NCBI GenBank assembly: GCA_016721845.1
Contig: JADKHK010000007.1
Location: 112,067 to 176,066, forward strand
Origin: Lysobacterales bacterium
GTDB lineage: Bacteria > Pseudomonadota > Gammaproteobacteria > Xanthomonadales > Ahniellaceae
Length of the DNA: 64,000 bases
Reading direction: 5' to 3'
Positions within the stretch are counted from its first letter, which is position 1. Each line of letters opens with the position of its first letter. Position numbers and translations under genes: made by a program. The notes under the pieces are model-generated. The model did no database searches and was not told where the DNA came from. It was given only the letters and a program-made list of their open reading frames with translations. Positions 25,461 to 35,208 of the stretch are shown here, one piece after another.

Positions 25461-28400
25461 ATGAAGCATTTCACCCGCGTGCTGTGGCTCGCGACCCTGA
25501 ATATTCCGTTGCTGGTGGCGGCCGCCGAGTTGCCGAGCCGGCGCTACCAGCTCGCGCTCGATCCCGCGGCCCAGTCCGTGCAGACGCCGGCCTTGAATGC
25601 CGAGAAGGCGCTGGCCGAGGATGCGCTCGCCGACAAGGGCGCGCCGCTGCGCTACGCGATCATGCACAAGGCGGCGGTGAACCTGGCCGATCGCAGCAAG
25701 TTCGCGGTCGGGCGCTGGAGCGACGTCGATGCCGACACGCGGTTGTGGCGCACCCGCATCGATGCCCCCGGCGCGGTCTCGATCGATCTGGCACTGAAGC
25801 CCTTCCATCTGCCCGAAGGTGCCGAAGTCTGGTTGAGTGATGCCGCCGGCCAGCGCGTGCGCGGTCCCTACACGGCGGCCGACAATCCGAAGTCCGGCGA
25901 GTTCTGGACGCCCTACGTGCCCGGCGATGTCGCCTACCTCGAAGTGCTGGTGCCGAAGCGCGCGCACGACGAGTTGCAGCTCGGCATCCTGAGCGTGCAG
26001 CAGGCCTATCGTTCGATCGAGAGCGGCGATTCGCCGTTCGCGAAGTCGGGTAGCTGCAATGTCGATACGGTCTGCCCCGAAGGCAACAATTACCGCGACC
26101 AGATCAATGCGGTGGCGCGCTATTCGGTCAGTGGCGGCCTCTGCACCGGACAACTGGTGAACAACGCGGCGCAGGACAACAAGCGCTATTTCATGACCGC
26201 GAACCATTGCGTCAGCAGCCAGAGCGATGCGAACTCGGTGGTGGCCTACTGGAAGTACGAGAATCCGACCTGCCGCACGCCGGGCAGCAGCGAGAGCGGG
26301 ACGCCGATCAGCGCGGCAGGCAATTCGATCAGCCAGACCGGTGGCGCCGTGTTGCGTGCTACCTATGCGGTGGCGGACACCACCTTGCTGGAACTCAACA
26401 CCACCGTGCCGACCGCCGCGAATGCGTTCTGGCTGGGCTGGGACCGGACCGAGAACCCGGTGGCGTCGGGGGTGTCGATCCATCATCCGCAGGGTGATGA
26501 AAAACGCATCAGCTTCGAGAACCAGGCGCTGGTGATTTCCGACAACACCCCGTCCGGCGTGCCCGGCGACAAGCATTGGCAGATCAGTGATTGGGATCTC
26601 GGCACGACCGAGCCCGGTTCCTCCGGTTCGGTGCTGATGAATCCGCAGAAGCGCCTGATCGGCGTGTTGTCGGGCGGCGGTGCCGCCTGCGGCAACAACC
26701 AGCCCGACTACTACGGTCGTCTCAGCGTCGCCTGGGAAGGCGGCGGCAGCGCGGCGTCGCGGGTGAAGGACTGGCTCGATCCCGGCAACAGCGGCGCCAC
26801 CGCGATCGACGGCAAGGCGACCTGCGCCAAACCGACGCTGGCCCTGAGCCTGGAGGCGAACGCACGCGCCGGTACCGCGGCGCTGATGAGCGTGCAGATC
26901 GCCGGTGGCACCGGTCCCTACGCAGTCGAATGGGACATCGACGGCGATGGCGACATCGATCGCCGCACGGCCGGCGTCGCCAGCACCACGTCGATCCAAC
27001 CGGTCTATCCGAACAAGCGCAGCACGACCGTATCGGTGAATGTCATCGATGCGACCGGATGCAGTGCGGTGGCGTCGCAGGTTTACTCGTTGCGCGGCCC
27101 GCAACTCGCGGCCACGGCCAATGGCGATGCCAGCCAGAGCTGCGGCGATGGCGACTCCAACATCGAGCCCGGCGAAATCTGGAATGTGCCGGTGCGCATC
27201 AGCAACGCCGGCGACGACGTGATCGGCGATGGCTTTGCCGTGTTCACCGGCGGTACCGCGGTCGGGGCCGGTGGAGGCAGCAGCACTGGTGCCAGCGACA
27301 ACTTCGGGTATCGCGCCCTGGCCAGTGCCACGTCGGCCAGTTGTCGCTACCAGCCGGTCGACATGAGCGGCGCCAGCGCCCTCACGCCGGTCATCGGCCC
27401 GCACGTCACCAATGCGCCGGCGAGCGACGAAGGTTATGTCGCCGGACTGAGCGTCGGCGGGGCGTCGCCGTTCCGGTTCTATGACCGCGACATCACCAGC
27501 CTGATGATGTCGACCAATGGCTATCTGTCGACCAATGCCGCCGATGGTGGCGACGACTACACGGCCGCCTGCGGGGTCGACGACCATGCCGACGTCACCG
27601 ATGGCCGCGTGCAGGTGCTGCACGACGATCTCGTGATCCAGTCCGGCGGCAGCCTCAAGCACCAGCATTTCGGCACCTGCCCGCGCGCTTCCGATGCCGG
27701 CAGCGCCAGTCAGGGTTGCACCGTGTTCGAGTGGCGCAACATGGGCCGCTACGCGAGTGGCGGCAGCGCCACCGGCAACGCGGTGTTCCAGACCATCCTG
27801 TACGACCAGAGCTACGAGATCGTGCATCAGTACGTCACCGCCGATCCGACCAGTGGCAGCAATGCCTCGATCGGACTGCAGAGCCCCGACGAAAGCATCC
27901 GCTTCGACTATCAATGCGATGCCCCGAATGCAGCACCGTCCGGGACCGCACTGTGCTTCTTCCATCCGACCGCCTTGCCGGCGACGCTGGCCGAAGGCGA
28001 AGTGCATGTCGTCTCGACCGCGAATGCGCTGGGTGATCTGGCAGCCGCCGGCAGCGCCAACGTGACCGTGAAGGCCTATGTCGATCCGGCGGCGCAATGT
28101 GGTTCGCGTGCGGTCGTCAGCTATCTCGGCGGCGTCGGCGACTACGCCTACAGCTTCGCGCCGACCAAGGTGCTGGATGTCGCGATGCCGAACAGCGGCA
28201 ACTGCCAGGTGGCAACACAGTGCGCGGCCCAGGTGCAAAGCGTGGGAGCGCTGCCGCAACCCGGCGGCTTGTACCTGAACTTCAACCGCAGCGGCAACGG
28301 CCAGAACCTGTTCAATTACGGCAACATCCTGAGTTCCGCCTGGTTCACCGGCAAGGCCGACCGTACGCCGGTCTGGTACATCGTCAACGGCGAATGGAAC

Positions 28401-28991
28401 CCGGGACTGGCGCAGGCGCCGGCGAGCATCCTCAAGGTCACGCGGACGTCGTCGGCGCCCTTCACGACTGCAGTAGCGACCGTCGGCTCGGCCCAGTTCA
28501 CCCGTGGCGACGACGATTCGGTCTACATCAACACCTGGGAGTTCAATGGCGTCTGGGCCGCGGACAAACTGTCGCGCGCGTTCTCGCCGACCGCAGTGCC
28601 GAACCCCAACCATTCCGGCGGCTGGTTCAACTCCGGGCAGTCCGGCTGGGGCGTGGTGATCGACGAACACATCGTCAGCAACCAGGCCTCGACCGGCTTC
28701 CTCGGCTACATTTTCGACAACGCCAACGAGCCGCGCTGGGCCCTGGGCGAAGCGGTGGGCAGCAGTGGCCTGATGCTGATGAACACCTACCTCGTGCATT
28801 GCCCGTCCTGCCCGGTCTTCGAGGACTTCGGCAGCCTCCCGTTGCCGGCCGGCAACATCACCCGCAGCTACCAGTCGCAGACCACCGGGACGCTCGACAC
28901 GGCCATCGTCTTCCCGGCACCCTTGAGCGGTAGCTGGACCCGAAATGCCCTGCCGATCCAGATGATCACCCCACCGCCGAGCTCGCCATGA
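25461..28991 (+). CDS. secreted lysyl-endopeptidase (Lys-C / Achromobacter protease I)-like S1 serine protease with PKD-like and long C-terminal domains (1176 aa)
   Basis: Signal peptide MKHFTRVLWLATLNIPLLVAAA. Catalytic motifs TANHCV ... TTEPGSSGSVL. A PKD-like segment (GTGPYAVEWDIDGDGDID), a NIDO-like segment (FRFYDRDITSLMMSTNGYLS), then about 400 aa of unknown fold. Confidence 0.8.
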   Translation: MKHFTRVLWLATLNIPLLVAAAELPSRRYQLALDPAAQSVQTPALNAEKALAEDALADKGAPLRYAIMHKAAVNLADRSKFAVGRWSDVDADTRLWRTRIDAPGAVSIDLALKPFHLPEGAEVWLSDAAGQRVRGPYTAADNPKSGEFWTPYVPGDVAYLEVLVPKRAHDELQLGILSVQQAYRSIESGDSPFAKSGSCNVDTVCPEGNNYRDQINAVARYSVSGGLCTGQLVNNAAQDNKRYFMTANHCVSSQSDANSVVAYWKYENPTCRTPGSSESGTPISAAGNSISQTGGAVLRATYAVADTTLLELNTTVPTAANAFWLGWDRTENPVASGVSIHHPQGDEKRISFENQALVISDNTPSGVPGDKHWQISDWDLGTTEPGSSGSVLMNPQKRLIGVLSGGGAACGNNQPDYYGRLSVAWEGGGSAASRVKDWLDPGNSGATAIDGKATCAKPTLALSLEANARAGTAALMSVQIAGGTGPYAVEWDIDGDGDIDRRTAGVASTTSIQPVYPNKRSTTVSVNVIDATGCSAVASQVYSLRGPQLAATANGDASQSCGDGDSNIEPGEIWNVPVRISNAGDDVIGDGFAVFTGGTAVGAGGGSSTGASDNFGYRALASATSASCRYQPVDMSGASALTPVIGPHVTNAPASDEGYVAGLSVGGASPFRFYDRDITSLMMSTNGYLSTNAADGGDDYTAACGVDDHADVTDGRVQVLHDDLVIQSGGSLKHQHFGTCPRASDAGSASQGCTVFEWRNMGRYASGGSATGNAVFQTILYDQSYEIVHQYVTADPTSGSNASIGLQSPDESIRFDYQCDAPNAAPSGTALCFFHPTALPATLAEGEVHVVSTANALGDLAAAGSANVTVKAYVDPAAQCGSRAVVSYLGGVGDYAYSFAPTKVLDVAMPNSGNCQVATQCAAQVQSVGALPQPGGLYLNFNRSGNGQNLFNYGNILSSAWFTGKADRTPVWYIVNGEWNPGLAQAPASILKVTRTSSAPFTTAVATVGSAQFTRGDDDSVYINTWEFNGVWAADKLSRAFSPTAVPNPNHSGGWFNSGQSGWGVVIDEHIVSNQASTGFLGYIFDNANEPRWALGEAVGSSGLMLMNTYLVHCPSCPVFEDFGSLPLPAGNITRSYQSQTTGTLDTAIVFPAPLSGSWTRNALPIQMITPPPSSP

Positions 28992-29464
28992 TTCGACACT
29001 GGATTGTCTTGCGTCACGCCCATGCTGAAGCACAGAGCGCCGATGGCGCCGACGTGTCACGGGAACTGTCCGAACGCGGCCGTGACGAGGCCAGGCGTGC
29101 CGCCGACGCGCTGGCGAAGATGCTCGACGGCCGCGTGCCGCGCATCCTGTCTTCGCCGGCCGCACGCGCCGAGGCGACCGCGCAGATCGTCGCCGAACGC
29201 CTGGGCGATACCGTCGGCTTCAACGCACGCATCTACGACGGCACGCCCGGCACCTTGCTCGACGTATTCAATGCCACCGAGCCGACCGAGACGGTGCTGC
29301 TGGTCGGACACAACCCAGGCGTCGAGGAACTGGTCGCCTTGCTGGTCGATGGTCGCTCGCAGGCGCATCGCGGCATGCCGACCGCCGGCATGGCGGTGAT
29401 CGACGTGCCGGACGGACTGGTTGAACCCGGTCGCGGCCAGTTGCGCGCATTCTGGGCGCCCTGA
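28988..29464 (+). CDS. sixA: phosphohistidine phosphatase SixA-like (histidine phosphatase superfamily), 158 aa
   Basis: IVLRHAHAE (RHG-type motif) ... LLVGHNPG. ATGA overlap with the protease stop (28988-28991). Confidence 0.75.
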   Translation: MIRHWIVLRHAHAEAQSADGADVSRELSERGRDEARRAADALAKMLDGRVPRILSSPAARAEATAQIVAERLGDTVGFNARIYDGTPGTLLDVFNATEPTETVLLVGHNPGVEELVALLVDGRSQAHRGMPTAGMAVIDVPDGLVEPGRGQLRAFWAP

Positions 29465-29474
29465 CCGGGCACGG

Positions 29475-30026
29475 ATGCGCGCGCTGGTCCCAGCGTTGCT
29501 GATGTTGCTCTCCGCGCTGCCGGCGCGGGCCGGCGATGAACGCCACCATGTGCTTGATCCGGTCGCGTCGACGGTGCATTTCGAATTGCGCGCACTGGGC
29601 TGGTGGCCGGTGCGCGGCGATGCCCGGGCCGAGGGTACGGTGACGATCCGCGATGGCCTCGCCGTGATCGACGTGCGCGTGCCGCTGGCCTCGTTGCAGA
29701 TGAATCGCGAGGGCTATCGCGACTGGGCGCTGTCGCCGGAGTTCTTTGCGGCCGAGGCCCACCCCGAGATCGGTTTTCGGGCCGAGGCCATCCCGCTGCT
29801 GCGACTGCGCGCCGGCGGCGAGATCAGCGGCGAACTGCGCGTGCGCGGACGCACGCGCAAGGCGCGATTCACGCTGCTGGCCAGCGACTGCGCCGAGGCG
29901 GCCGCACGTTGCCGCGTGCAGGCCGGTGGCGAGCTGTCGCGACGCGACTTCGGCATGCGCACGCGTCGCTACACGCTGGGCGATCGCATCCGCATCGATC
30001 TGGATTTGCGATTGGTGTCGCCGTGA
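29475..30026 (+). CDS. YceI-family periplasmic protein (183 aa)
   Basis: Signal peptide MRALVPALLMLLSALPARA. HFELRALGWWPVRGDA...GELRVRGRTRKARF is the YceI-like pattern. Confidence 0.75.
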   Translation: MRALVPALLMLLSALPARAGDERHHVLDPVASTVHFELRALGWWPVRGDARAEGTVTIRDGLAVIDVRVPLASLQMNREGYRDWALSPEFFAAEAHPEIGFRAEAIPLLRLRAGGEISGELRVRGRTRKARFTLLASDCAEAAARCRVQAGGELSRRDFGMRTRRYTLGDRIRIDLDLRLVSP

Positions 30027-31819
30027 TCGCGCCGACACGAGTCCTGTGGGTGCTGCTGGCGATCTTGCTGGGCGGTTGCGCCGACCAGCGGCGGCTGATC
30101 CGAGAAGCCGAGGCGCTGGTCGAGGAAACGCGGCCGCTCGATACCACCTGCAGCCGCATCGATCGTTGTGCGATCGACTCGCCGGTGGTCGTCGATGCAC
30201 GCACCCGGACCGCCGACGGCCGCCACGGTGCGATCCTGCTCAGTGACGCCGAGGCAGCCCTGGTCGCGCGCGTGCACCTGATCCGCGCGGCGCGTGAATC
30301 GATCGAGTTGCAGACCTTCATCTTCGCCGACGACGACGTCGGCCTGCTGATCCTCGGCGAATTGCTGACGGCGGCGCGGCGCGGCGTGCGCGTGCGCGTG
30401 CTCAGCGACCAGATGTTTTCGATCGAGAATCGGCGCTTCCTCGCGCGCCTCGCGCGCGAGCACGCGAACTTCGAATTCCGCCTGTACAACCCGACCTTCA
30501 ACGAGGCGCGCACCGCGCCGCTGGAGTTCGCGGCCGGCATCCTCTGCTGCTTCTTCCGCTTCAACCAGCGCAGCCACAACAAGCTGCTGCTGATCGACGG
30601 CCGCTACGGCATTGTCGGCGGGCGCAACATCGAAGAGCGCTATTTCGGCTTCGGCGACGAATACAACTACTACGACCGCGACTTGCTCGTGTACGGCGCG
30701 GTCGGAGCGGCGATGCAGGCCTCGTTCGATCGCTTCTGGACGCACCCGAAGACGGTGCCGCTGGCGCAGCTGAAGGATGTCGCCAAGCGCATCGTCGAAG
30801 CCGGCCGCGATCCGCCGCCCTTGCCGGCGCCGAAGCTCGATCATGGCGACCGCCTGGTGCGCGTGCAGGCCTTGGCCGAAGATCGCGACTACCTCGGTCG
30901 CGTGCTGATCGACCATGCGCTCAGCGTGGCGGCGGTCGAGTACTTCTCCGATCCGCCGGACAAGCCGAACGTGTCCGAGCGCAGCGAACACGACGACCTG
31001 ACCGCGCTGATCGGCCGCATCATCACCGGTGCCGAGCACGAGATCGTGCTGCAGACGCCCTACCTCGTGCTGTCGAAGCCGGCGCGCAAGGCGTTTCTGA
31101 CCTTGCGTCGCGACCATCCCGACTTGCGCGTGCTCGTCTCGACCAACAGCCTGGCGGCGACCGATGCCTTTCCGGTCTATGCGATTTCGCACAAGCGGCG
31201 GCGCTATTACCTCGAATCGCTCGGCTTCGAGATCCACGAGTTCAAGCCCTATCCGGGCCGCAGCGAGGCCGCGATCGAGGCGAAGAAACCACCCGGTGCG
31301 CTGCGCTCGGCGCTGAAGATCCGCACCCGCAAGGCGGTGCCGTTGCGCCGCGACACCGTGCGCCGCGGCCTGCATGCCAAGGCGATCGTCGTCGACGGCG
31401 AGATCAGCCTGATCGGCTCGCACAATTTCGACCCGCGCTCTGAAGGGCTGAACAGCGAGAACGGCGTGATCGTGCGCGACGCCGGTTTCGCGGCCGAACT
31501 GAAGCGCGCGATCGGTGGCGACATCGGTCCCGACCAGAGCTGGGTGATCGCCAAGAAGCCGGACCGCGGCTTGCTCACGCCGATCAACCAGACCATCGAG
31601 GCCGTATCGGAGAAACTGCCGGTCTTCGACCTGTGGCCCTGGCGCTATGCGACCAGTTACGAATTGCGCCCGGAATGCGTGCCGTTGCCGCCGAAGCACC
31701 CGGATTTCCTCACCTGCTACGTCCGTGTCGGCGACTTCCCGGAAGTCGACCTCGCCGCCAAGGGCATCTACACGCGCATCATCACGGCGTTCGGCGTCGG
31801 CCTGTCGCCGATCCTGTAG
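30023..31819 (+). CDS. phospholipase D-family lipoprotein with two HKD motifs (598 aa)
   Basis: GTG start overlapping the yceI stop (GTGA). Lipobox LLGGC. HKD motifs HNKLLLIDGRYGIVGGRN and HAKAIVVDGEISLIGSHN. Confidence 0.85.
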   Translation: MIAPTRVLWVLLAILLGGCADQRRLIREAEALVEETRPLDTTCSRIDRCAIDSPVVVDARTRTADGRHGAILLSDAEAALVARVHLIRAARESIELQTFIFADDDVGLLILGELLTAARRGVRVRVLSDQMFSIENRRFLARLAREHANFEFRLYNPTFNEARTAPLEFAAGILCCFFRFNQRSHNKLLLIDGRYGIVGGRNIEERYFGFGDEYNYYDRDLLVYGAVGAAMQASFDRFWTHPKTVPLAQLKDVAKRIVEAGRDPPPLPAPKLDHGDRLVRVQALAEDRDYLGRVLIDHALSVAAVEYFSDPPDKPNVSERSEHDDLTALIGRIITGAEHEIVLQTPYLVLSKPARKAFLTLRRDHPDLRVLVSTNSLAATDAFPVYAISHKRRRYYLESLGFEIHEFKPYPGRSEAAIEAKKPPGALRSALKIRTRKAVPLRRDTVRRGLHAKAIVVDGEISLIGSHNFDPRSEGLNSENGVIVRDAGFAAELKRAIGGDIGPDQSWVIAKKPDRGLLTPINQTIEAVSEKLPVFDLWPWRYATSYELRPECVPLPPKHPDFLTCYVRVGDFPEVDLAAKGIYTRIITAFGVGLSPIL

Positions 31820-31891
31820 CGCCTGCGTCCTGCAATTGACGCTGTCCTGCCCGCTGGCTAGTCTGCGGCGGATTCTTCGCGAGGGTTTGCC

Positions 31892-32458
31892 ATGGGTTTG
31901 TCGATCAATATCGAGCTGTCGGACAGCGATCTGGACCATTTCCAGGAAGTGCTGAAGCGCGCACACGAGACCGCCGGCAGCAAGTCGTCCAGGGAAATCA
32001 CCGATGCCGCCGCGGCCTTGCTGGCCGATGCCCACGCCAGCCACGCGCCGGAATTCATCACCGAGCGCCTGGCCAAGCTCGATGCCCTGATCAACATGGT
32101 GCACGATCAGGCTTGGGGCATGCCGGAAGAAGACCGCGCGCGGGTGTTGACGGCACTGACCTATTTCGCCGATCCGAAGGACGTGATCCCGGACAACGTG
32201 CCGGTGGTCGGTTATCTCGACGACGCGATCATGATCGAGCTCTGCGTCCGCGAACTGAAGCACGAGGTCGAGGCCTACAGCGACTTCTGCTCGTTCCGTA
32301 CCCACGAAGCCGAAGAACGCGGGCTGGATCCGGCGACCATGGACCGCGCCGACTGGATGGAAGAGCGTCGCCAGGAGCTGCAGGAACGCATGCGTCGCCG
32401 CCGCGACCGCGACGGTTACGGCAGCGCGTCGGGCGTCGGTCTGTTCAAGTTCCGTTGA
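31892..32458 (+). CDS. DUF1232 (YkvA-like) domain protein (188 aa)
   Basis: DVIPDNVPVVGYLDDAIMIELC is the DUF1232 signature. Confidence 0.75.
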   Translation: MGLSINIELSDSDLDHFQEVLKRAHETAGSKSSREITDAAAALLADAHASHAPEFITERLAKLDALINMVHDQAWGMPEEDRARVLTALTYFADPKDVIPDNVPVVGYLDDAIMIELCVRELKHEVEAYSDFCSFRTHEAEERGLDPATMDRADWMEERRQELQERMRRRRDRDGYGSASGVGLFKFR

Positions 32459-32482
32459 ACCTCTGCGCCAGGTGATCGAACA

Positions 32483-32504
32483 GGGCAGCTTCGGCTGCCC
32501 TTTT
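32483..32504 (+). terminator. rho-independent terminator
   Basis: GGGCAGC-TTCG-GCTGCCC followed by TTTT, 25 nt after the stop at 32458. Confidence 0.75.
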
Positions 32505-32563
32505 CAATCGTGCGCCAACGCGGCGATGATGCAGCGCACCCGGCAACCGAACAGGCGAATCCG

Positions 32564-34369
32564 ATGCATGGCATGCACTGGCTGGAACAGGCACTGATCC
32601 TGCTGCTGGCGGCTGCCGCGGCGGTGCCGGTATTCACGCATTTCCGGCTCGGTGCGGTGCTGGCCTATCTGTGTGCCGGTGCGGTGATCGGGCCGCATGC
32701 CCTCGGTTTCGTCGACAGCGGCGAGCAGCAGCTGGCGGTGGCTGAACTCGGCGTCGTGCTGCTGATGTTCGTGGTCGGCATGGAACTCTCGCCGGCGCGC
32801 CTGTGGCTGATGCGCCGGCTGGTGTTCGGGCTGGGCTCGCTGCAGTTCGTCGCCACCGCCCTGCTGTTCGCCTTGCTCGCCCTTGGGTTCGGACAGCGCT
32901 GGCAGATTGCGGTGATCATCGGCGGCGCGCTGGCATTGAGTTCGACCGCGATCGGCGTGCAGCTGATGGCCGAACGCAAGACCCTGAATATCCAGCGCGG
33001 ACGCATGGCGCTGGCCATCCTGTTGCTGCAGGACCTCGCCGCGATCCCGGCCTTGACCCTGGTGCCCTTGCTGGCGGTCGGCGACAGTGGCGGCAGCGGC
33101 TTTTCCCTGCTCGCAGTCGGCAAGGCCCTGGGCAGTGTCGCTGCGGTGGTGTTGCTGGGCCGCTATGCCGTCCGTCCCTTGTTCCGCATCGCGGCCAAGA
33201 GCGGCAGCGTCGAGACGTTCACCGCCATGACCCTCGTGGTTGCGCTCGGCACCGCCTGGATCACCGGGTTCGCGGGACTGTCGATGGCGCTGGGTGCCTT
33301 CCTCGGCGGCATCGTGCTGGCCGATTCGGAATATCGCCACGAGGTCGAGTCGCATCTGGAGCCGTTCAAGGGCCTGCTGCTCGGCCTGTTCTTCCTGTCG
33401 GTCGGCATGGGCGTGGACTGGGCCCTGGTGTTTTCGATGCTCGGCTCGGTGCTGCTCGGGGTGGCGGTGCTGATCGCGCTCAAGGCGACCGTGATCTACC
33501 TGGTCGGTCGCCATGCCGGCGGGCTGACGGCGGCCGATGCGATCCGCATGGCCGCGGTGATTTCACAGGGCGGCGAGTTCGCTTTCGTGCTGCTGGCGCT
33601 CGGCTTCAGCGTCGGCGTGCTGCCGGCCGACGTGCGTGACCTGCTGTCGGCCAGCATCGTGCTGTCGATGGCGGCCACGCCGCTGCTGGTCATGGCCGCC
33701 GATGTCGTCGCGAAGCGCTGGGAGCCGAAAGACGAGCGACCCTACGACGAACTGCCGCAGCACGAGGCGCCACGCGTGGTCATTGCCGGATTCGGGCGCG
33801 TCGGCCAGATCGTCGGCCGCGTGCTGCGCGCCAGCCGCATCTCCTTCCTCGCGCTGGAGCACAGCGTCGAGCAGGTCGACCTGTCGCGACGATTCGGCAA
33901 CATGATCTATTACGGCGATCCCGGTCGGGCCGATACCTTGCGCGCCGCGCGCGTCGACCAGGCCGACGTGTTCGTGCTGGCGATGGACGATCCGGTCGAG
34001 AGCGTGCGTGTCGCCAAACTCGTCCGGCGCATGTATCCGCACGTCCGCATCGTCGCGCGGGCGCGCAATCGCCAGCACGTGTTCGCGTTGTGGGAAGAAG
34101 ACGTCAAGAACGTCGTGCGCGAGACCTACCTGTCCAGCCTGATGATGGCGCGCAACACGCTTGATGCGCTGGGCGTGGACACGGCGCGCGCCGAAGGTCG
34201 CGTCGAACGCTTCCGACAGCACGACGAATCGATGCTGCGCGCGCAATTCCAGATCCGCGACGACGAAGCGAAATTGATCCAGAACTCGCACGAGGCGCTG
34301 GCCGAGCTGCAGCAACTGTTCGAAGCCGACGAGCGCGAATCGAAGGCCGAAACCGCGCGCGCAGACTGA
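32564..34369 (+). CDS. CPA2 monovalent cation:proton antiporter (KefB/KefC/YbaL-like) with a TrkA-N domain (601 aa)
   Basis: Twelve or so TM helices (LGAVLAYLCAGAVIGPHALG...) followed by a Rossmann motif VVIAGFGRVGQ. Confidence 0.9.
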   Translation: MHGMHWLEQALILLLAAAAAVPVFTHFRLGAVLAYLCAGAVIGPHALGFVDSGEQQLAVAELGVVLLMFVVGMELSPARLWLMRRLVFGLGSLQFVATALLFALLALGFGQRWQIAVIIGGALALSSTAIGVQLMAERKTLNIQRGRMALAILLLQDLAAIPALTLVPLLAVGDSGGSGFSLLAVGKALGSVAAVVLLGRYAVRPLFRIAAKSGSVETFTAMTLVVALGTAWITGFAGLSMALGAFLGGIVLADSEYRHEVESHLEPFKGLLLGLFFLSVGMGVDWALVFSMLGSVLLGVAVLIALKATVIYLVGRHAGGLTAADAIRMAAVISQGGEFAFVLLALGFSVGVLPADVRDLLSASIVLSMAATPLLVMAADVVAKRWEPKDERPYDELPQHEAPRVVIAGFGRVGQIVGRVLRASRISFLALEHSVEQVDLSRRFGNMIYYGDPGRADTLRAARVDQADVFVLAMDDPVESVRVAKLVRRMYPHVRIVARARNRQHVFALWEEDVKNVVRETYLSSLMMARNTLDALGVDTARAEGRVERFRQHDESMLRAQFQIRDDEAKLIQNSHEALAELQQLFEADERESKAETARAD

Positions 34370-34372
34370 CGA

Positions 34373-35197
34373 TCAGGGGCAGGAGCCGTCGCCGCAGACG
34401 TTGTGGCCCATGTCGCGCGTTTGACCGATGCTGTATTGCGCGGCAGCCTCGCTGCCGTTGTTCTCGCTGAAATAGTTGCGGCCAAACGCGACTTGCGTGC
34501 CCCCATTGGCGCCGCTCAGTCCGAATCCGATGTTGCGCGCGAACAGGCAATCGGTGACGACGCTGCCATAGCCGACGATCAGGCCCGTCTCGTTCTCGGA
34601 GAAGACGCTGTCGCTGACCTGCAGCCGCGCGCCGTTGTTGAAGATGCCACAGTTGCCCTGGTTGCGGACACAACGGATGCCGCGCATCTGCACCGGCACG
34701 TTGGCGCCGGCATCGCTGACCACGAACGGCAGTCCGCCGGCATTGCCGAGGATGGTGAGGTTCTCGAACGAGGAGCCGTAGTTCAGCGAGAACGCGACGA
34801 TGCCGCCGCTGCCCATGCCGACCACGGCGCCGTCGTGGATGCGCAGCAAGGTGCCGGCGCCGTTCTGGACGATGCCGCGGCCCGCGACCGCGCCGGAACA
34901 TTCCAGCCCGGGGTTCAGGATGCACTGGCCACCGCCGTTGACGGTGAACCCGCCGAGGTCCAGGTCGATCCGGCTCGCGGCGATCTCGATGCCGTTGACC
35001 GCGAGACCGCCAGTGACCGTTAGGTCGGAGGTCAACCGATAGGCACCGTCATTCGCGAGCGTGACCGGAAAGCCCGGTGCATCGCCGGGAAAGCAGCCGA
35101 CCGCGACGCAGGCCTGGTCGATCTCGAATTCACCTTCGCCGAAGGCCGGACCGGCCGCGACGAACAGGGCAAGCGCCAGCAGGGGGATCGGTCGCAT
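34373..35197 (-). CDS. secreted right-handed beta-helix repeat protein (274 aa)
   Basis: Signal peptide MRPIPLLALALFVAAGPAFG, preceded by AGGAG. Repetitive G/N-rich about-22-aa turns (NGAGTLLRIHDGAVVG, NAGGLPFVVSDAGANV, NNGARLQVSDSVFSEN...). C-terminal Cys pair. Confidence 0.75.
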   Translation of the reverse strand: MRPIPLLALALFVAAGPAFGEGEFEIDQACVAVGCFPGDAPGFPVTLANDGAYRLTSDLTVTGGLAVNGIEIAASRIDLDLGGFTVNGGGQCILNPGLECSGAVAGRGIVQNGAGTLLRIHDGAVVGMGSGGIVAFSLNYGSSFENLTILGNAGGLPFVVSDAGANVPVQMRGIRCVRNQGNCGIFNNGARLQVSDSVFSENETGLIVGYGSVVTDCLFARNIGFGLSGANGGTQVAFGRNYFSENNGSEAAAQYSIGQTRDMGHNVCGDGSCP

Positions 35198-35208
35198 GGT
35201 CGGGCTCC

